Origin: Eledone cirrhosa
Taxonomy: Eukaryota
Direction: 5' to 3'
Assembly (NCBI GenBank): GCA_964016885.1
Contig: OZ024740.1
Span: forward strand, 327,670,001 to 327,734,000
Length of the DNA: 64,000 bases
Shown piece by piece: positions 56,082 through 64,000 of this stretch; position 1 is the first letter of the stretch; the number at the start of each line of letters is the position of its first letter. Below the pieces are notes generated by a model that was not told the origin of the DNA, did no database searches, and was given only the letters and a program-made list of their open reading frames with translations. The translations under genes and the position numbers were made by a program.

Positions 56082-57910
56082 CTTTAATATTAAATGGTTA
56101 TGTCAGGCGTCACATCAAATAATGGAAAATAATTATGTTGTTTTAAAATATTGTAGGAAATAGATATTTTGAACACGTCACAACATTTGTTAGAAAGGAA
56201 AGTTTTCAATTCTTTACTTATTTCCTCTCTTTTTCTAGGAATGGCGCCATTAAATTGATTTATTGAAACAAGCTATATATTAGCAATAGTTGCTATGTCG
56301 AACTGATCAATGTTATTTGCAACATATGAATCTAGTCAGATCCGATGGATGATATCATATACCATTTTATATGTATCTCAATGTTCTCAAATATCAGTCT
56401 ATAGAAATTGATGCGTATATCTGCGGTACTTTGTAATCACATATATGTCGGCATCTTCAAGATCAATTCATGCCAAGTCCTTGTTATCTCAGGGATGTTA
56501 TCGAGATACACAAAAGAAATGTTATTTAGATATTCAAGGTTTTGGTGAGAAAAAACCCTGCCACGTTATATTATCAGATTAACCCCCAAACCTAACAAGC
56601 AAGTCCAATAGAAGACAGGATTCCAATATCTTGTCCATAAATTCTCAATAAAGAGACCTCACATTTCTGACAAATAACCTCTGACATTTTCACTATCACT
56701 GATATACATCGTCTTGTCGTGATGTGGATAACCTCGTCACTTTTATTCGTACTACAACAGAGTTGGATGGAAACTAGAAAGAAAAGGAGAATATTTATAT
56801 ATGTACACTTACACATACATATGCCATTGGATACGCATGATTCTGTGCGCATGTCTGCGCATGCGTCTTTATACATAGAATTATTTGCATTCGATTGCTC
56901 CTCACGGATCGTTGGAGTCAATAGTCTGGCAACAGTTAATAATCCATAGAAAATTGCTTCTTAATAGTTTATTGTTTTTCTCTTAGCATATATATCTTGT
57001 TTCTCATTCATCATTTTGACACATTGCCTGCACAGTTTGAATCTCACAGCGAAAGTTAGTTTTGTTAGTAGAAATACAGAATACTCTTTCAAATAAACAA
57101 GCTTTACGTTGTCTTTAGTCTCTTAAGATATACGATGCTTTCATTCCCATGGAGTCGGAAATAAGCAAATGGAAATTAGTTACTATTCATCCTACGATGA
57201 TTATGATTACTGAACTCACTGGATTAGATTATAACCATTGGCTTCGAGGAAGCTATGAAATTTATGCGCATACATTAAGTTATACTGACTTGTACCGGCT
57301 TAGACACACATATACTGGTTTTGAAAAATGAGATTCGGTTTGAAAAATGAGATTGTGTGATGAAAATGTCATCATCAATTACACAAGTAAAATGAATTAG
57401 TTCCACCCAAGGATCAAAACCGAATTGTGAATTATTTTTGACGAATGTTTAACTCATCCCTGCTATGATAACCATATATTTCGACATCAGCAAATGAGAG
57501 ACCTCTAGTGGTGTTGGCGTTTATAGGGTTGGCGTTTAGGTTCAACGCAACACTGATTAAGCAGGTCCATGTTGAATGTCATTTCAGTTGGGGCCATTCA
57601 TCTTAGTTTTAGACATGATGCACCTGTCCTTCCTGGTTTATGACAATGGAGGTGTAAATTTGGAAAGATTTGACTGCTATTTCTTGCAGGTCAAAAACAC
57701 GTTGAAACGCCCTTGGTGGCTCAATCTATGTTGGGACTACATCCTATGTGTAATCTTAAAATTTATAAATGTAAACTGCAAAATGACATATATGTACATT
57801 AGTTCACATTCACGCTTATATATATATAAGCGTGAACCTAATATAATTGTGTAATTTTGCTTCATGTAATGTATCAATTCATCAAATATATATACATATA
57901 TATACATATA

Positions 57911-58045
<135 letters not shown>

Positions 58046-58509
58046 TGTAGAGATTAAAGATTAAGCAAAGAATCTATATTATTTTATGTATATTTTATAT
58101 ATATAATCCTTATCGAGCCCTCTTCGGATTTTAGTCTTCATAATTATTATTACTATATATATATATGAAAATATGTCAGCCAATTGCAGATAATTATAAA
58201 TAATGCAGATAATTATAAATAATGGTTGAATAAGCCGGGTAATTTACATCTGGAAACAAAAAAGAGTGGACAAACTCAGGCATCTCAGTCCACTTGTTGC
58301 GTTTCCATGGGAACTTTATCTGACTTATTCAACTTTCATCTATAGTTATCTGCACTGTGGCTAACGTATTTTGAATTTTCAAGTTTTCAAAGTACTTCGT
58401 AAATTAACCAAATATTTGTGCGTGGGGGGGGGGGGTGTCTTTGTGCGCTCGGTAACATGTAAAGTGTGCTCAATGTTAGCAGGATAACACTCTCAAAGCA
58501 CAAATATAT

Positions 58510-58690
58510 ACATTGTTATATTTTTGTCGTGGTCATACTGCCATTAATAATCACACAGACTGGTTATACTTCACTTAATTTTTATTAATCAATTAGATAA
58601 CTATTTAAATAATCGTTTGATTAACTGATTTGCCAACGTTCTTTCGTCACAATCTGCGACCTTATTGATGACTGTGATCCCCGTGCACCT
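58510..58690 (-). repeat. Old diverged solo pLTR of the Naiad-like family (related tails at ~5196-5300 and ~29415-29515)
   Basis: 'ttgccaacgttctttcgtcacaatctgcgacc' resembles 'ttgtcaaagttctttcgtcacacattctgtgacc'; starts with 'attgttata'. Confidence 0.6.
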
Positions 58691-59799
58691 CCCTAACGAT
58701 AATCAAACCGAGATAAGCACAGGGCTGATGAGCCAGGCTGGAGACAAATGTTTAACTTTTTTTTTCTCATAAGATACACTTTGACGCAATTATCCATTCA
58801 CGCATGCACATACAATAATAGACATGCCTATAAGCATACATATACATATATGCAAACATGTATACATACATATATTATTGTGTGGGGGGGGGGCGTGTGT
58901 GTGTGTGTGTACGCGCGTGTGTGTGTGTGTCTTTGCTTTATTTTATGTTCGGTTATGATTGTGGTTAATCGTACTTTATGTACGTCGATGTTTAGTATCA
59001 GTAATAAGTGGTGATGGCGTTGCTGTTATTCCGGTCATATTTTCTATTGAGAGAACGGCTAGGTGAATGAGTAGGTTCTACTTCTGTCTCTTGTATATTG
59101 GTATAGCCACTTTGATCGTCTTTACTATGTGTTGTACCTCATACTGCAAACTTTTCATAACATAATATCATTCAACTAATCAATATATTTTAGTGTAACT
59201 TTCTTCAAGTCTATTAATGCAAGTAACGTGTCAGCCCACCTCGTGGTCCTAGCGGTGTAGATGGAGAAAGCATTGCTCCCAGAGGATGGTGAGGAAGACG
59301 GACTGGAACAGCCACTCCACCTCACAGGGCTTGCACTCGTGAGTAGTCAATTCTGCCGGAAGTCTCCACAACCAAGTTAAAGAATAATGATTGACTGAGC
59401 AAGTTGAAATGGGATCGAGCAGCTTCGCAAGCGATATAAATGAAGTAAATTTAACACTGACATTCTTAAAAAAAAAAACTAATAAAATAAGAACATTGTT
59501 TTCCTGCTGTCATACCATTGAGTATATTGGGTTCGAACCTTTTTGAGCACCCACCCTTGTATGTATGTATGTATGTTCTTCTGGTTTTATAATTTCACAA
59601 AGTTTTACCAATAGGGAGAGAGTCGGTTTCTAACATAGACACAAGACTCTCTCATTGGAATTTACACATCAACTTCGTAGATTATGTATGCATGTATGTA
59701 TGTGTATATATGGATGTTATTGTATGTATGGATGTGGATGTTTTGAGTTGTATGTGTGCATGTGTATATGATTTGTATCTGTACATGTGTATATGCAGT

Positions 59800-60537
59800 T
59801 ATTAGATGCAAAATATTTGGAATGTTTTACATATTTTTACTGTTCCATTAATGGATTGTACTTGTAATTTCCTAATTAGTTGTGTTCTTTCTGTTACTGT
59901 GAAGCCTAGCTTCTCAAGATTTGTATTGAGGCAGTTACTAACATACCCCAGTGCCCCAATAATCACAGGTATAAACTGAAGGTGTAATCAGGGTGGAGTT
60001 TCTGCAGATTTCTCATCAGTTCTGCATAAATATTCTCCTTTTCGCTAATCTTTGATATTATATGCTTTCTACTCCCTGTCCCATATCATAATATCTGGTC
60101 TGTTATGCCTGCATTTTATTGGGGTTTTTCCTGGAACATTTCACCAGTACTCTTTCATATTATGTACATGGATGTGTTCCACATTGCTGTAGCTTTAAAT
60201 ATGTTTATTATCGGGGCTATCTTTTTTACGGACTGCATTGTACAGTGTTTTGGCCACTACATCATGTCTCATAGGTAGATAGTACCGCGATGACATCTTT
60301 GGACAGTTGCTGATGACACGGGTGATATCCTCGATGTTAGTTCTGCAGAGTCTGCACTTGTTATCACATCTAGGTGTTTTGCCTGCATCTCTATCTCTTT
60401 TGTGAATCAGGTATTTCCTGATAATCTCCTGTTCTTGGATTGCAAAAGCGTATCCTTCAAAGTGGGAGCCAATATAGCGGTTGTTGGTCCAAGATAGACT
60501 AATTTCCTTATCTATACCACTCTCACTCTGGAGCTTC
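59800..60537 (-). pseudogene. R4/Dong-like LINE 3' fragment (CCHC zinc knuckle plus restriction-like endonuclease)
   Basis: AIQEQEI...KCRLC...EDITRVISNCP...RHDVVA; downstream HNRPDIMIWDRE and FIPVIIGALGYV. Confidence 0.85.
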
Positions 60538-61755
<1,218 letters not shown>

Positions 61756-62273
61756 TAGATGTCAACATTGCCTTTCAGGCTTTCGAGGTCGAGAAAAGAG
61801 TACCAGTCTAAAACAAGGGTATATTCTTCCTCTACATCTCTTTCTCGTTCCCTCTCTCTTACTTTTTATCCTTCTCTGGAAGAAATCTGGTGGAGGGATG
61901 TGTCCCGACCGGCTTAAAGTGCTCAAGAAACGCCGTAGCCACTACAGTACCCCTGTATCATAACATACCATCAACATTCTATCATCATTCTTTTGATCTA
62001 GAAAGAAATTTCTTTGCGAGATAAATGCGGTGGTGATTTTGTAACATTTAATAACTTCAAAAGGCTGAATTAGAGAATGACCATGACTTATAAAGTTAGA
62101 GTAGAATTAATACCAAATCTAATAAAATCTTTGATAATATTACTGTTCCTACTATTTTGAATTTTGTTTTTATATTATGCTGCAGATTGAGCATATATAT
62201 GATATTAGATTACTCACTCTGCATTTAGAATATACTATCATAAAGTATATGTAATTCATGTTTGGTTAAATGT

Positions 62274-62563
62274 CTAAAAAAAAGTCTAAAGTCTGTCTTA
62301 AGCCAGAAGGCTCATTTGGCCGGTGCTTATCCCTGTTTCATGGCGTGAAGCGACTGAGAGTACAAGACTCCCCCCTTGACAGGATGCCAGTCCATCGCAG
62401 GTTAAACCTCCAGCTATTGCTGGTACTCATTTCCAGCTTAGAATACTGGAGCAACGTGAAATGAAGTGTTTTGCTCAAGAACACAACACGCAGCCCAGGA
62501 ATCGAACCCACGACATTATGATCGTAAGTCCAACACTCTTACCACTAGGCCACGTGCCTCCAC
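62274..62563 (-). mobile_element. Full-length tRNA-derived SINE with a 14-bp target-site duplication
   Basis: Head gtggcctagtggtaag...gggttcgattcc (A and B boxes); gtttggttaaatgt at 62260-62273 and 62564-62577. Confidence 0.88.
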
Positions 62564-63859
62564 GTTTGGTTAAATGTATGGCAGGATTATTCTTCGTATT
62601 CTCTTATTTGAAATTAAGACTAAATACCTTATCTAGACATCCTAATACGATTAACTTCTTCCAAAGTGGGAATGTGATATATCTAGTACGTAACCAACTT
62701 CAAACACTATGGAAAATTGGATTAGGCTTTAAGATAATCAAATTAAATGCTAATGCTTTCCCATGGGATGATGATTTCTAAGCTACAACTTACCATCGCT
62801 TTACATATATTTTCAAGATCCGTACACTTAAGATGTATAATTAGATGTACCTCGTAGAATTTCTTACAATATCACAAATGTTTAAATGAGTGGACATGAC
62901 ATGTGTTTATGTCGTAACTCTCTATATGTCATGCCTTGACAATGGCATAGTGCTTTTCAGCGGACAAGATACTAAATACACCCACTGTCCCACTTATCCG
63001 ATACATGATAGATCCAGGGCCTCCGTATGACTTCTGAGACAATGGATCTACCCCAGCAGAGCAGTAGCAGCCAGAAATAATGCAAGCCTCCAGCAGCCAA
63101 ATAATTTGTTGGCAGCTACAAATGAAAAAATAAAAAACGATCTAATGAGATGCTGCACTTGAAATCGAAAAACGAACAGCAGAAAGTTTTTAAAGAATTA
63201 GGTTTATATCTATCAAAGAAACAAGAAGGAAGAGATTCCCATAAGACAGACGTTCATGGAAAGGGACAGCCTCCATGATAAAATAAAAATTAGTAGAAAA
63301 TGAATCACTCGATTAGAAGCCATAAGAGGAAGAACGAGCAAAACCATTCGGCAGAGCAACGACTATATATGTATTTATAGAATTTATAGAATAAGCGCAA
63401 AACTAATGTCCCTACAATGAAAGATGAAAGTTAGCTGCCAAAACAGAACCATGGTAGAAATTCGATCCTGAATTCAATCAAGTAGAGAAAGAACACACCC
63501 ATAGCTTTTACAGACCAGTGAGATTGGTGCTGTTGACGTTGCACTTATACTGTTGTGCCACAGGGCTTCTGTCAACTTTACTTTTCCATCCCTCTGCAGA
63601 CAATAAATACCCGAAATATTTTGAAGTCATACCAGTCGACTACAATACCCCCGTTTCTAACAGATTAGTATAGTACTTTATCAAAAGATATTACTGTTTT
63701 CTTTTCTTTTTTCGGACAACTTAATGCCAGCTGACGTTTATGTTGCATATCCTTCAATGTGCTGTGGTCGTAGGCAAGTGCAATTGGTCGGCTAACTGCC
63801 CATTATTAATCCACCGATAGTGATACCATGTACAAGTTATATACATTATCATACAACCA

Positions 63860-64000
63860 ATTATTATGAAACCAAGGACATAATTTATTCTCATTTTATA
63901 GACGCCAGAAAGATGGAAGGCAAAGTAGACCATGACGGAATTTGATTACATAACGTAAAGTGTCGTAACTAAATACAGCAAAACCGTTTGTTCAACGCTC
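63860..64000 (-). mobile_element. Decayed octopus-type SINE, cut by the window end
   Basis: 'ctcattttatagac...gatggaaggcaaagtagacc...ggaatttga..acataacgtaaag'. Confidence 0.6.

Overview
This is an AT-rich, microsatellite-saturated eukaryotic window with no recognisable host-gene exon. The SINE families resemble, from memory, those of octopus genomes, so a cephalopod intergenic or intronic region is likely but not proven. Almost all explainable sequence is retroelement-derived. (1) There are three decayed copies of one Penelope-like element (PLE) with RT plus C-terminal GIY-YIG endonuclease and Naiad-like motifs, at about 29.5-32.6, 32.9-35.2 and 40.6-44.6 kb. (2) Two 3' remnants of a different PLE type lie at 24.6-26.7 and 45.5-47.5 kb. 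(3) Many non-coding inverted or tandem pLTR remnants sit in (TA)n tracts. (4) There are fragments of RTE, R4/Dong-like, CRE-like and Tx1/L1-like LINEs and many tRNA-derived SINEs. The main hidden signal is RNA structure. About ten unrelated repeat families each carry a minimal type I hammerhead ribozyme motif (CUGANGA...GAAA, usually a palindromic stem III, NUH site). The variants include a U3-A8 compensatory core, long stem II insertions, a recurrently mismatched first stem II pair, and a tandem pair 543 nt apart. Ribozyme folds were read by eye and their activity is untested. Most ORFs in the supplied track are microsatellite artefacts.
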